A stretch of DNA of 64,000 nucleotides, taken from positions 3,272-67,271 of the forward strand of contig CAZYRT010000001.1 of NCBI GenBank assembly GCA_964650045.1. The letters are read 5' to 3'. How positions within the stretch are numbered: position 1 is the stretch's first letter; the number at the start of each line of letters is the position of its first letter. The notes under the pieces are model-generated. The model worked only from the letters and a program-made list of their open reading frames with translations, had not been told where the DNA came from and did not search any database. This document shows, one piece after another, positions 1 to 9,920 of this stretch. Made by a program: the position numbers and the translations under genes. This DNA is from an uncultured Ruminococcus sp. Its GTDB lineage: Bacteria > Bacillota > Clostridia > Oscillospirales > CAG-382.

Positions 1-1743
1 CATTATTGCGGCGATTTGAGAGAATCTAATATAGGCGAAACTGTCACAGTAATGGGTTGGGTAAAGAAGGCTCGCGATTTGGGCGGTCTCGTTTTCGTTG
101 ACCTTAGAGACAGAAGCGGTATCGTTCAGCTTGCTTTTGACGAAAACACCGAGAAAAGTGTTTTTGAAAAGGCATTGGAATTGAAAACAGAATTTGTTGT
201 TGCCGCAGAGGGTGTTGTTCGCGAACGCTCCAGCAAAAACCCCGATATTCCCACAGGCAATATTGAGATTTTCGCAGAAAAGGTTAAAATTTTGGGCGAA
301 AGCGAAACTCCTCCCTTTGATATAACCGACGATTGCAAAACCAACGAGGAATTGAGATTAACACACAGATATTTGGACCTTCGCCGTCCTGTTTTGCAGA
401 ATAATATTATTTTCCGCTCCAAGGTTGCAAAATCGGTTCGTGACTATCTTTGCGACCAAGGCTTTATTGAGCTTGAAACACCTATTCTTATAAAGAGTAC
501 CCCCGAAGGAGCAAGAGACTATTTGGTGCCTTCCCGTGTTCACAAGGGTTCCTTCTATGCTTTGCCTCAGTCTCCTCAGCTTTATAAGCAGCTTTCTATG
601 GTCGCAGGCTTTGATAAATATTTCCAGATAGCGCGTTGCTTCCGCGATGAAGACCTTCGCGCAGACAGACAGCCTGAATTTACTCAGATAGATATGGAAA
701 TGAGCTTTGTTGACACAGACGATGTTTTGGCTGTTGGCGAAGGCTTGATCAAGCATATCTTCAAGGATTGCATGGGTATCGATATCCCTACTCCTCTTCC
801 CAGATATACCTATAAAGAATGTATGGAGCGTTTCGGCTCCGATAAGCCCGATTTGAGATTCGGCATGGAAATAGTTGACCTTTCGGATGTTTTGAAGGGT
901 TGCGGTTTCTCTGTCTTCTCCAATGCTATCGAAGCAGGAGGAAGCGTTAGAGCAATCAACCTCAAGGGCTGTGCAGACAAGCTTTCCAGAAAAGACATTA
1001 CCAAGCTTGAAGAATATGCGAAGGGCTGTGGCGCAAAGGGTTTGGCTTGGTCCAAGAGAGCAGATACCGACAGCGGTTCCTTCCTTAAATTCATGAGTGA
1101 GGAGGAATTAAACGCAATTTACGCAAAAGCCGATGTTGAAAAGGGCGACGTTGTCCTTATTCTTGCTGACAGCGATAACAACAAGGTTCTCACACAGCTT
1201 GGTCAGCTTCGTGTTGAAGCGGCAAACAGATTGAATATCGAAAGAAGCGGTTTCAATTTCCTTTGGGTCGTTGAAATGCCCTTCTTTGAATATGATTACG
1301 AAAGCGGAGAATGGGTGGCGATGCACCATCCCTTCACAAGCCCCATGGATGAATGTCTCGAATATCTTGACAACGACAAGGGTAAAGTCAGAGCAAAGGC
1401 CTATGACCTTGTTCTGAACGGTATCGAGCTTTCCAGCGGTTCTATTCGTATAACAAATCCCGAGCTTCAATCCAAGATTTTCGACCTTTTGGGTCTTTCC
1501 AAGGAAGAAGCGCAGGTTAAATTCGGCTATTTGTTGGAAGCGTTCAGATACGGTGCGCCTCCTCACGGCGGTATGGGTATCGGCTTGGACAGATTGGTCA
1601 TGCAGATGCTGGGCGCAACCAGCTTGAGAGATGTTGTTGCATTCCCCAAAATGCAGAATGCCAAGGAATTGATGACAGATTGCCCTGCAGAGGTTCCCGA
1701 AGAAGCTATAGCTGAATTGGGGATCAAAATAGTTAAAGAATAA
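1..1743 (+). CDS. aspS: Aspartate--tRNA ligase, 5' end cut by window edge
   Basis: ORF stays open in frame to base 1 (HYCGDLRES...), so the N-terminus lies upstream of the window. Class II aaRS motifs FYALPQSPQLYKQ, FRDEDLRADRQPEFTQID and GGMGIGLDRL. Stop at 1741-1743. Confidence 0.95.
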   Translation, partial: HYCGDLRESNIGETVTVMGWVKKARDLGGLVFVDLRDRSGIVQLAFDENTEKSVFEKALELKTEFVVAAEGVVRERSSKNPDIPTGNIEIFAEKVKILGESETPPFDITDDCKTNEELRLTHRYLDLRRPVLQNNIIFRSKVAKSVRDYLCDQGFIELETPILIKSTPEGARDYLVPSRVHKGSFYALPQSPQLYKQLSMVAGFDKYFQIARCFRDEDLRADRQPEFTQIDMEMSFVDTDDVLAVGEGLIKHIFKDCMGIDIPTPLPRYTYKECMERFGSDKPDLRFGMEIVDLSDVLKGCGFSVFSNAIEAGGSVRAINLKGCADKLSRKDITKLEEYAKGCGAKGLAWSKRADTDSGSFLKFMSEEELNAIYAKADVEKGDVVLILADSDNNKVLTQLGQLRVEAANRLNIERSGFNFLWVVEMPFFEYDYESGEWVAMHHPFTSPMDECLEYLDNDKGKVRAKAYDLVLNGIELSSGSIRITNPELQSKIFDLLGLSKEEAQVKFGYLLEAFRYGAPPHGGMGIGLDRLVMQMLGATSLRDVVAFPKMQNAKELMTDCPAEVPEEAIAELGIKIVKE

Positions 1744-1887
1744 ACACATAGCCGAAAAAGCATTGCGGTTGACGCCCTTTTGGGTCGGTTCAAGTTACAA
1801 TGCTTCGGCTGCCCTTGGATAAATAATTCCCCCTTGCGGGAGCTTTGGGGCAAATATCCCCAAAAGCTGAAAAACGGGAGAAAAAAG

Positions 1888-2862
1888 ATGGTAGAAATTA
1901 CAGAACTTCGAAAAAGCTACGGCGATAAACGCGCAGTCGACGGTCTTACCTTTAAGGTTGAAGAAGGCGAGATATTGGGCTTTTTGGGGCCTAACGGCGC
2001 AGGCAAAAGCACAACACTTAATATGATAACCGGCTATCTTTCTGCCGACAGCGGCAGCGTTAAGATAGATGGTGTGGATATCCTTGAAGAGCCTATGAAG
2101 GCAAAAAAGGATATTGGCTTTTTGCCCGAAATACCGCCTCTTTATCTTGAAATGACGGTTTTGGAATACCTTAATTTCGTCTATGACCTAAAAGGCTGTA
2201 ATCTTCCCAGAAAGCAACACTTAAAGGAGATCTGCGAGGTTGTTAAGATTTGGGACGTTGGCAAGCGTTTGATCAAAAACCTTTCAAAGGGCTATCGCCA
2301 GAGAGTCGGTATCGCCCAAGCCTTGATAGGCAACCCCAAGGTTTTGATTTTTGACGAGCCTACCATCGGTTTGGACCCCAGACAGATTATCGAAATCAGA
2401 AATCTTATCAGAATGCTGGGCAGAGAGCATACTATCATCCTTTCTACCCACATTTTGCCTGAGGTTCAGGCGGTTTGCGACAGAATCGTAGTTATCAACA
2501 AGGGACAAATCGTTGCAAACGAAAAAACCGAAGACCTTATAAACGCAGTTGAGGGCTCCAGAAAGCTTGTTGCTAAAATCGTTGGTCCCGAGGATGAGGT
2601 TTTGAAGACCTTGCGTTCTATCGGCGGAATAAAGTCTGCCGATGTTTTGGGAAAGAGAGATACCGACAGCATCAGCTATCTTTTGGAATCTCAGGACAGA
2701 GTTGACATCAGAAAGCCCCTTTTCTATGCTCTTTCAAGCAAGGGCTGGCCCTTGATAGGCTTGGAAGGCGTTGAATTAAGCCTTGAGGATATTTTCATCC
2801 GCCTTGTAGGCAAGGAAAAAGAAAAGGAAGCCAACAAAAAAGGAAAGAGAGGCGGAAAATAA
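1888..2862 (+). CDS. ABC transporter ATP-binding protein (ABC-2 / GldA-like)
   Basis: Walker A GPNGAGKST, signature LSKGYRQR, Walker B LIFDEPTIGLD. ATG at 1888 follows GGGAG. The track start at 1780 is an unsupported 5' extension. Confidence 0.9.
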   Translation: MVEITELRKSYGDKRAVDGLTFKVEEGEILGFLGPNGAGKSTTLNMITGYLSADSGSVKIDGVDILEEPMKAKKDIGFLPEIPPLYLEMTVLEYLNFVYDLKGCNLPRKQHLKEICEVVKIWDVGKRLIKNLSKGYRQRVGIAQALIGNPKVLIFDEPTIGLDPRQIIEIRNLIRMLGREHTIILSTHILPEVQAVCDRIVVINKGQIVANEKTEDLINAVEGSRKLVAKIVGPEDEVLKTLRSIGGIKSADVLGKRDTDSISYLLESQDRVDIRKPLFYALSSKGWPLIGLEGVELSLEDIFIRLVGKEKEKEANKKGKRGGK

Positions 2863-3569
2863 TGCTGGCAATTTATATGCGTGAGTTAAAATCCTATTTT
2901 CTCACACCTATCGGATATATTTTCTGCGGTATGTTCCTTGTAATATCAGGTATGGCGTTCGCATCCTGTACTCTCCTTGAGCAATCTACAAGCAGTATCG
3001 GTCAATATTTTGTTTGGATGATGATTATTTTCGCCATTCTTATTCCTCTTTTGACCATGAAGCTTTTTGCTGATGACAAAAGGAACCGCACAGACCAAAT
3101 CCTTCTCACAAGTCCCGTTTCCATTTTTGGGATCGTTATGGGCAAATACTTTGCGGCTTTGACAGTTTTCGGCGTTACCTTTATTGTAAACAGCTTTAAC
3201 TTTGTTTTGCTTTTCAACTACGGTACGCCTAACCTTACTTCTATTTTTATGAATATTCTCGGCATTTTCCTTTTGGGTGCCGCTTTCATAGCAATCGGTA
3301 TTTTCCTTTCTTCCTTGACCGAAAACCAGCTTATTGCCGCTGTTTCGGCTATGGGCGTTAATGCCGCAATGCTTCTTTTAAGCACATTGGCAAGCGAAGT
3401 GGAATCTACTGTTTTGAGAACTATCATCAAATGGTTCTCGGTTATCGACCGTTTCACTCCTTTTACCAACCAAATGCTTGATGTTTCGGCAATAATTTAT
3501 TATATCAGTCTTGCGGCTATTGCCCTGTTTTTAACTACTCGCGTTATCGAAAAACGCAGATGGTCCTAA
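2862..3569 (+). CDS. ABC-2 type permease (GldF-like)
   Basis: 1-nt TAATG overlap with the upstream ATPase gene. Multiple hydrophobic helices throughout. Position and size fit an ABC-2 permease. Confidence 0.7.
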   Translation: MLAIYMRELKSYFLTPIGYIFCGMFLVISGMAFASCTLLEQSTSSIGQYFVWMMIIFAILIPLLTMKLFADDKRNRTDQILLTSPVSIFGIVMGKYFAALTVFGVTFIVNSFNFVLLFNYGTPNLTSIFMNILGIFLLGAAFIAIGIFLSSLTENQLIAAVSAMGVNAAMLLLSTLASEVESTVLRTIIKWFSVIDRFTPFTNQMLDVSAIIYYISLAAIALFLTTRVIEKRRWS

Positions 3570-3587
3570 GGAAAGGCGGTCTTTGAA

Positions 3588-5138
3588 ATGAACGAAAAAA
3601 TTAAGAATACCGCCGTCAAGGATAAGAGACGTTATAAATACGGCTCCCTCTCTGCGGCTTTTACCGTTGTTTTTATCGCACTGATACTCGTTATCAACCT
3701 TGTATTTTCCTCTCTTTCGCTTTCGGGCGACCTTACTGTTGACCTTACCAAAGAGGAATTTTCCGAAATCGGAGAGGAGACCCAGCGTTTGCTTACCGAT
3801 TTGGGCAAAGACCTTGATATTACCATATATTTTATGTCTGCAAGAGATATGTTTGACCTTGCGGCAAATGAATATAACGGCATTAACCTCACAGGTATAG
3901 TCCGCGACCTTGCGGAAAACTATGCTCAGAATTTTGACGGAAGCGGAGACAAAGGCATTATCCGAGTAGAATACAAGGAGCTTGACAAGGACCCTGAATT
4001 TGAAAAGAAATACCTTGAAGAATCCACAACTCAGCTTTCCAGCACAAGTGTTATCGTTCAAGGTAAATATCATTACCGTGTTCTTAACCTTGCGGCGTTC
4101 TTTGTTGCAGATGACAGCGGTAATTACACAGCTTTTAACGGCGAATACCGCCTTACAACAGCGATCCTTCAAAGCTCTCTTTCCGAGCCTCAGGTGGTTA
4201 CTTTGACCTATGGACACGGTGAGCCTATCGGTGCTGACGGTGTTATTCCTTCGGGAAGCAAGATTACAGCTCTTGTTAATCTTCTCACAAATGCAGGCTT
4301 TGAAGTAAAGACTGCAGATATTTCCCGTGAAGAGATCGATCCCCGTACAGAGGTTTTGATTTCTTACGACCCTGTTACCGATTTCAGCTATGGCGAGGTA
4401 GACAAGCTTAACGATTATCTCTCCGAGCGCAATGCTTTTATGGCATTTGTTGATTCGGGCACACCTGCTTTGCCCAATCTTCAATCCTGTCTTAACGATA
4501 ACTGGGGTATTAATTACAAGCCCTTCTACCGCGTAACAGACGAAACCCATTCCTTGGGCAGATATGATATTATCAATGCTTATTATCCCGAAATTTCTGC
4601 CGACCTTCAAAGCACATCTGCGGCATATCAGATTCGCAAAACTGTTGTAGATGCAGAAGGCTTCATAAACACAGCACTTCCCGAAAGCGTTGCCCTTGAG
4701 ATCAAGCCCAATATCACTCAAGACGGCTTCCTTGTGGAAACAGTTCTTTCTTCTCACAGCACAGCAGTTGCGGCATCAACCGAATCGGACGAAAGCATCA
4801 GCGGAGAAATGCCTCTTATCCTTCTTTCCACAAAGCAGGGCTACGGCGAAAACAACGCTTATGAATATTCTTATGTAATGCTTGTGGGCAGTACAGAATT
4901 TGCCGACAGCTATCTTTCCTCCGAAAGCTATGGAAACAAGCGCATCCTTCTTGCGGCACTGCGTAATTTCAGCACAAACAGATTAGCTCCCGATATTGAT
5001 GCAAAGACATTCGGCTCTGTTGCATTGGATATCGAAACAGGCACAGCAAGAACCCTCACTTGGCTTATCTGTACCATACTTCCCGGTGCAGTTATTATAA
5101 TGGGTATCGTTGTGTTTCTCAAACGCAGACATATGTAA
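3588..5138 (+). CDS. GldG-like ABC transporter auxiliary protein
   Basis: N-terminal and C-terminal TM helices flank a large extracytoplasmic region. It sits directly after an ABC-2 ATPase/permease pair, as GldG-type proteins do. Assignment is by architecture only. Confidence 0.55.
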   Translation: MNEKIKNTAVKDKRRYKYGSLSAAFTVVFIALILVINLVFSSLSLSGDLTVDLTKEEFSEIGEETQRLLTDLGKDLDITIYFMSARDMFDLAANEYNGINLTGIVRDLAENYAQNFDGSGDKGIIRVEYKELDKDPEFEKKYLEESTTQLSSTSVIVQGKYHYRVLNLAAFFVADDSGNYTAFNGEYRLTTAILQSSLSEPQVVTLTYGHGEPIGADGVIPSGSKITALVNLLTNAGFEVKTADISREEIDPRTEVLISYDPVTDFSYGEVDKLNDYLSERNAFMAFVDSGTPALPNLQSCLNDNWGINYKPFYRVTDETHSLGRYDIINAYYPEISADLQSTSAAYQIRKTVVDAEGFINTALPESVALEIKPNITQDGFLVETVLSSHSTAVAASTESDESISGEMPLILLSTKQGYGENNAYEYSYVMLVGSTEFADSYLSSESYGNKRILLAALRNFSTNRLAPDIDAKTFGSVALDIETGTARTLTWLICTILPGAVIIMGIVVFLKRRHM

Positions 5139-5151
5139 TAATCGAAATAAC

Positions 5152-5177
5152 TTCCGCGCGGGGAAACTCGCGCGGAA
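5152..5177 (+). other. GC-rich intercistronic hairpin (9-bp stem TTCCGCGCG/CGCGCGGAA)
   Basis: Perfect 9-bp stem with an 8-nt loop between the gldG-like stop and the next gene. No T-run follows, so it is not a classical terminator. Confidence 0.4.
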
Positions 5178-5213
5178 AAGCTTATAAAACCCAATCCCGA
5201 AGGGAGATTTTTG

Positions 5214-7667
5214 ATGAAAAAACAAATTATAACGGTAATTACGGTTGCATTGGCAGCAATAATTCTCTTTGTTGCCTATTCTTTGTTTTTCAAACCCAGC
5301 GATATCGAAGTTGATTTAGACGAATTTTATATACTCTATGCGGATGTAGCAACAGCATTGGGGGAAATCGAGGAAGATGCCGAGATAACTCTTTGCGGTT
5401 ATGATTCTACTGATGACAATTGGGTAATGATATATCGTTTTGCCGAATCGATTATGGGCGCAAACAAGAAATTCGACCTAACCACAGCCGACAGCGGTGA
5501 TTTCAAGGGCGTAAAGGTAACAGCACAGGGCAACACTAAGGAAATTCCCTTTGAAAGCTTTTTCAAATCCCTTTATGACGGCACATATTATGCTTTTGAC
5601 GGAGAAAATCTCATGGCGAACGCTATTCTTTCTCTCAACGGTAAGGAAGAATTGTCTGTAAATCTCCGTGCTTTAAGCGGATATGACACAAGCGGCGATA
5701 ATATAACCTCTACAGGAAACCCCTTTATTTTTACTGCCATCGACAGAAGCAAGATATCTTATCTTACCGTCACCAACGAACACGGAACCTATTCTGTCCT
5801 TCAAGAAAATAACGAATTTTATTTCGGCTCCTCTGTTGCGGTTATCTACGATGACGAAATGTTCTCTCAGGTAACAACAAGTATGCGTTATAATGTTGCC
5901 TACGGAAAAATGGCAATGCCCGAAGGAAAAACATGGGCTGATTATAAGCTTGACAAAATCGAAGAATCAACAGCAAACTATACTATTATCACCACAACAG
6001 ATGGCGACGGCACTTATAAGATGCACACAGTAGTTATCGGTGATAAATCCTCCACAGGTCTCTATTATTTCGCCCGTTATCTCGGTGCAGTTTATGAGGT
6101 TGACTCCACCGGCGATTATGAGGATAACAAAATGATCCATGATCTTAGCAAGGATATGATATATTTCATTCCTGTTTCTACAGTAGAAGAATCCATCATG
6201 CTACCTGAAACAGCAATGATGAAGCCTATTTTGATCAATTCCATTACCGATACCCAGGAAATATTTACTTTCGATAATATCCGAATAGATTATCTTGACA
6301 AAAATATCAGTGCATCGGTCAAAAACTTCAGTTCTCTTAATGCGGCAGACAATCTTGCGGCGTTGAACAGCTCTAAATTCGCAGATTGTATTTCCGATAA
6401 AAAGAGTGCAAGTGATTACAGCAGCTATTCCGACGGTTGGCAAAATCATACCGATGTTTTCGGCGCATTTACCAGCACCGACGGAAAATCCACCTATATC
6501 GAAGCCGCTTTAGCAAAGCAATGTACCACAGGTGATTATAAGGTGACTTTCGGCTTGCTTCGTGATGAGGCAAACGGCGCATATCTTCCTGCCAAGGTTA
6601 CTGTTACAATATCCTATGACGGCAACAACTGGCATCAATTAGAAAACGGCACAGTTAACCCCACTCAGTCGGATAAAACTGTTCAAGGCTATGAAATTTC
6701 CTTCCATAATGACAACAATGTGCGTTTTATCAGAGTATCTTTTGATGTTCCTCAGGTCGCAAAAACCTATGTTGTTTTTGATGAAATAAGGATTTTTGTT
6801 GACGATAATACGGACGCTCAGCCTGTTGATACCATAAACGGCGTTTGGAAGCTTGTTTCTCCTACCGAATATATTGCTGAGGGCAGAAATTATGCTCACT
6901 TGGATATGTCCAATTTCAACACTTTCCTTCAATCTGTTGCGGCACTTCAGGGTGATTCGGTAGTCGCCTGCGGATTCTCGGATAACGGTAATGCAACTTC
7001 TTCCCTTTTGGACAAGGAGCTTTTAGGCAAATTCGGTCTCACCGAGCCTGCAAGACACTATGCTTTCGAATATGACAGCATTGTCTGCGATATCTATGTT
7101 TCCGCCCCCAACGAAAACGGTAATTATTACGCTTATTCTACCTATTCGGGAACTATAGACGGCAAGGATCAGGTTATCACCACCGACGTTATTGTAGAAA
7201 TATCCAAGGAAACCGCAACCTGGCTGGATTGGGAATTTGTTGAATATCTGGACCATGCTCTTATAAGCGCATACATTTCCGAAATTCAAGATTTCACAAT
7301 ATCCTTTGACGGAAACGACTATCCCTTCCTTCTCACCTCCGATTCTGCAGGAGCAAACCTCCAAAGCGTTTCTCTCAACGGCAAGGATATGGATGCTACA
7401 AGCTTTAAATATATTTACAAATCCATTCTTTCCATTTATATGCAGGATGAATATGTTCTCCAGGAAGGCGAAACAGGAGAAGAATATCTCAGATTGAAAT
7501 ACACCACCGCAACCGACACAACCGAGATAGTATTCTACCGCGTTTCTTCCACAAAATGCTATTTCACGGTAGACGGTCAGGGCAGCTATTACGCTCTTGT
7601 TGAGCAGGCGAAAACTGTTCGCGAAAAGGTTCTTGATTACGTTTCGGGTGGAATTATTACAGAATGA
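5214..7667 (+). CDS. Large membrane-anchored protein, DUF4340-like position, with a discoidin-like internal domain
   Basis: ATG 5214 has a GAAGGGAG RBS; the track start 5211 is TTG. N-terminal TM ITVITVALAAIILFVAYSLFF. It sits where DUF4340 proteins follow gldG-like genes. The internal segment ...NNVRFIRVSFDV...YVVFDEIRIFV resembles the domain ends of the paralogs at 37-52 kb. Confidence 0.45.
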   Translation: MKKQIITVITVALAAIILFVAYSLFFKPSDIEVDLDEFYILYADVATALGEIEEDAEITLCGYDSTDDNWVMIYRFAESIMGANKKFDLTTADSGDFKGVKVTAQGNTKEIPFESFFKSLYDGTYYAFDGENLMANAILSLNGKEELSVNLRALSGYDTSGDNITSTGNPFIFTAIDRSKISYLTVTNEHGTYSVLQENNEFYFGSSVAVIYDDEMFSQVTTSMRYNVAYGKMAMPEGKTWADYKLDKIEESTANYTIITTTDGDGTYKMHTVVIGDKSSTGLYYFARYLGAVYEVDSTGDYEDNKMIHDLSKDMIYFIPVSTVEESIMLPETAMMKPILINSITDTQEIFTFDNIRIDYLDKNISASVKNFSSLNAADNLAALNSSKFADCISDKKSASDYSSYSDGWQNHTDVFGAFTSTDGKSTYIEAALAKQCTTGDYKVTFGLLRDEANGAYLPAKVTVTISYDGNNWHQLENGTVNPTQSDKTVQGYEISFHNDNNVRFIRVSFDVPQVAKTYVVFDEIRIFVDDNTDAQPVDTINGVWKLVSPTEYIAEGRNYAHLDMSNFNTFLQSVAALQGDSVVACGFSDNGNATSSLLDKELLGKFGLTEPARHYAFEYDSIVCDIYVSAPNENGNYYAYSTYSGTIDGKDQVITTDVIVEISKETATWLDWEFVEYLDHALISAYISEIQDFTISFDGNDYPFLLTSDSAGANLQSVSLNGKDMDATSFKYIYKSILSIYMQDEYVLQEGETGEEYLRLKYTTATDTTEIVFYRVSSTKCYFTVDGQGSYYALVEQAKTVREKVLDYVSGGIITE

Positions 7668-8443
7668 AAAAATTAATTTCTTTGATCTTAACCCTTTCCC
7701 TAATGTTACTTTGGGGATGCGACCAACAAAAGGATACAGCCGCGGTTTTGGAAAAAGCCCAAGCCGCGGTTGATAACACCAATTCGCAAAACCCTCTTTC
7801 GGGTGAATATGTTTTGGAAATAACCTTTGGAGAAGGCTCTGTTCTTTATTACGCAAAGGGCGATATTCTTTGGGACAGAGAGCAAACTCAAGCATACGGC
7901 TCATTTACCCAAACTTATTTGGGTTCTTCGGCAAAGTTGGAAAACTATTATTCTAACGGCACCATGGTAAGCGTTGAAGAAGGAAACGCTGTTGAGGTTC
8001 AGCGAACCGCAGAGGATGTTTTTTCAAAATTCCCCTATTTCAAGCTACCTTCTCCTCAAGGAAATATTACAAAAGGAACCAACACTCTGGGAGATTCCTA
8101 TAAATTCACAATAGATAACACAGAGAATCTTTCTAATCTTGTTATCGGGGATGATATTTTCTCTCTTGTAAATGTTTTGAAAAAGCCTCAGAAGGACAAG
8201 ACCGAATACAGCCAAGCCCAATGTATCTATACTGTTAAGGACGATAAGGTGATTTCGGCAAAATACGAATTTGACATCAAGCTTTTCGATACCCCTGCCT
8301 ATAATCCCAATTACAGCCAGCCCGAATCGGAATATACCATAACAGTTCATGTTTCCGCAAAGGTTTCCTATGATTTTTCAGCGGAAGATATATCCATTCC
8401 TCAATATTTCGAAGAAAGCTCGGAAAATTCCAAGGAAAATTAA
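7664..8443 (+). CDS. Lipoprotein, unknown function
   Basis: ATGA start/stop overlap with the upstream gene. Signal peptide with lipobox LLWGC. Confidence 0.6.
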   Translation: MKKLISLILTLSLMLLWGCDQQKDTAAVLEKAQAAVDNTNSQNPLSGEYVLEITFGEGSVLYYAKGDILWDREQTQAYGSFTQTYLGSSAKLENYYSNGTMVSVEEGNAVEVQRTAEDVFSKFPYFKLPSPQGNITKGTNTLGDSYKFTIDNTENLSNLVIGDDIFSLVNVLKKPQKDKTEYSQAQCIYTVKDDKVISAKYEFDIKLFDTPAYNPNYSQPESEYTITVHVSAKVSYDFSAEDISIPQYFEESSENSKEN

Positions 8444-8451
8444 AAAATCAC

Positions 8452-8480
8452 TTGACAAGTTGATAAATTCAATGTATATT
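8452..8480 (+). promoter_or_regulatory. Sigma-A type promoter for the thiT leader
   Basis: TTGACA (8452-8457), 17-nt spacer, TATATT (8475-8480), about 35 nt upstream of the riboswitch. Confidence 0.5.
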
Positions 8481-8516
8481 ATCAATAGCTTGCAAGCGAA
8501 ATAATTTTTCAAATAA

Positions 8517-8597
8517 CAATGGGGTGCTGTGCATATATATGTACGGCTGAGATCATACCCAAGGAACCTGACGCAGGTAATGCTGCCGTAGGGAGTA
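8517..8597 (+). promoter_or_regulatory. TPP (THI-box) riboswitch aptamer
   Basis: GGGGTGC...GGCTGAGA...ACCC...GAACCTGA..CAGGTAATGCTGCCGTAGGGA matches the conserved TPP riboswitch core (CUGAGA bulge and the ACCUGA/GGUAAUGC pyrophosphate arm). It lies upstream of a thiamine-transporter-like gene. Confidence 0.9.
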
Positions 8598-8697
8598 TAT
8601 AAACACCGTTTTTATGACAAGGGCGGTGTGATGGCTGATTGCCGTTTTATGCTTTTTCGGCTTTTGCGTCGGTTTCGGAAAGGAATTAACGTAAAAT

Positions 8698-9285
8698 ATG
8701 AACAAGAATAAGACGGCAAATATTTATGCCCTTTGCGAATCGGCGATACTTTTAGCTTTAGCAATTGTTTTCGGACTTTTAAAATTCCCCCCTTTCACCT
8801 TTGACCTTTGGATGAACGGCGGAAGTGTGGATTTTGTAATGGTTCCCCTTATAATCCTCGGTTGGAGAAGGGGCTTGAAATGGTCTGTTCCTGCCTGCCT
8901 TGCCTATGGCTTTATTAAATGTACCATCGGCGGCGGATTAAGCTGGGGCATTCTTTCCATCCTTTTTGACTATGTTCTTGCCTATGGCATGGTTGGACTT
9001 GCAGGTCTTTTTAAAGGAAAAGGCTTGAAGGGTCTTGTTTTCGGTACAATTGTTTCTTCTCTCGGAAGATTGTTTTTCCATTTTCTTTCAGGTGTTACCA
9101 TTTGGAAGATCGGCGTTGGAGAGGTACAGAATATTTTCGGAATGACATTTGATGAATCGGCAACCGCAATTTATTCCCTTATTTATAACGGAAGCTTTAT
9201 GTTAGGGGAATTTATCTATTGTCTTTTGATTTTGATGATAATTTATAAGCCGCTTTTCGGTCCCAACGGATTACTTAATAAATAG
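8698..9285 (+). CDS. thiT: Thiamine transporter, ECF S-component ThiT-like
   Basis: 195-aa multi-pass membrane protein directly downstream of the TPP riboswitch. N-terminal ...ESAILLALAIVFGLLKF and ...FDYVLAYGMVGLAGLF fit the ThiT pattern. Confidence 0.75.
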   Translation: MNKNKTANIYALCESAILLALAIVFGLLKFPPFTFDLWMNGGSVDFVMVPLIILGWRRGLKWSVPACLAYGFIKCTIGGGLSWGILSILFDYVLAYGMVGLAGLFKGKGLKGLVFGTIVSSLGRLFFHFLSGVTIWKIGVGEVQNIFGMTFDESATAIYSLIYNGSFMLGEFIYCLLILMIIYKPLFGPNGLLNK

Positions 9286-9300
9286 TTAGAGCACAAACAT

Positions 9301-9331
9301 AAAAGGCTCGGTTTTCTGACCGAGCCTTTTA
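9301..9331. terminator. Bidirectional rho-independent terminator (thiT / flavodoxin-like gene)
   Basis: AAAGGCTCGG-loop-CCGAGCCTTT 10-bp stem flanked by an A-run and a T-run, between convergent genes. Confidence 0.75.
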
Positions 9332-9826
9332 TTATTTCAAATAGTCAACAATTTCTTTTAGATTTTCCTTGGAAACAAAGGTTCCGCCCTCAGTCAAAGC
9401 TTTTTTCATAGCTATATCCGAAGATTTGGGCTGGGATATGGAATCGATTTTCTTTATCAAAGCCTTTGTTACAATTTTCATAAGGAATTTATAGATTCCC
9501 TTAAGCTTTTCGGGAGCATATCCCCCTTGAAGTGTGAACAGAGAAACATCTTCGGAGACAGAATTGGATTTTCTCACATCATCCACAATAGTTCCTGTTT
9601 CACATAGTCCCACAGCAACAACAGCTTTTATATTAAAGCGTTTTAACGCATTTTTGTATTCTGTTACCTTTCCTGCCATGAGCCAGCTCATAAACAAAAC
9701 CTCGTCGGTTTTGGAAAGGGTGTTCTTGGCCTCCTCATAAGAAATTGCGGTATAGCCTGTTTCTTGGGAAAGCAAATTTGCATATTGAGCTGTAAAGCCT
9801 GTGCTGGAGCAATATACTATTTTCAT
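9332..9826 (-). CDS. Flavodoxin-like protein
   Basis: MKIVYCSSTGFTAQYA... is a typical flavodoxin-fold N-terminus. ATG at 9826; the track start 9847 adds 7 codons with no RBS. Confidence 0.6.
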   Translation of the reverse strand: MKIVYCSSTGFTAQYANLLSQETGYTAISYEEAKNTLSKTDEVLFMSWLMAGKVTEYKNALKRFNIKAVVAVGLCETGTIVDDVRKSNSVSEDVSLFTLQGGYAPEKLKGIYKFLMKIVTKALIKKIDSISQPKSSDIAMKKALTEGGTFVSKENLKEIVDYLK

Positions 9827-9868
9827 AAAATACCTTTGTATGATCAAATTCGGAAAAAGTTGGTTTAT

Positions 9869-9919
9869 GTTACGCGGAATAGTTCTTTACACACAAGTGA
9901 CTACACCGCGGGAACTAAA
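9869..9919 (-). repeat. 51-nt dispersed repeat (family R2), copy H, reverse orientation
   Basis: The plus strand reads GTTACGCGGAATAGTTCTTTACACACAAGTGACTACACCGCGGGAACTAAA. This is the reverse complement of the R2 pattern TTTAGTTCC..CCGCGT.AG. It abuts the PPTase stop codon. Confidence 0.75.
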
Positions 9920-9920
9920 A

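Noticed and set aside
1842-1867. Hairpin GCTTTGGGG-CAAATAT-CCCCAAAAGC as the aspS terminator
   Set aside because: The stem has a 1-nt bulge and no T-run follows. It sits only 20 nt before the ABC ATPase start. Its function is ambiguous, so it is not called as a terminator.
1780-1887. Longer 5' extensions offered by the ORF track (1780, 20533, 23188, 30157, 33591, 47432, 49985, 55200, 55852, 62591)
   Set aside because: In each case an internal ATG with a good SD and a sensible N-terminus (signal peptide or conserved start) is present. The extension overlaps upstream genes, promoters or non-coding repeats.
3531-4757. 408-aa minus-strand ORF
   Set aside because: Antisense to the gldG-like gene inside a same-strand operon. 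No RBS or motifs. A shadow ORF.
8598-8697. Intrinsic terminator as the expression platform of the TPP riboswitch
   Set aside because: Only weak candidates exist (ACACCG..CGGTGT without a U-run, and GCCG..CGGC with flanking T-runs). I cannot decide between transcriptional and translational control from sequence alone.
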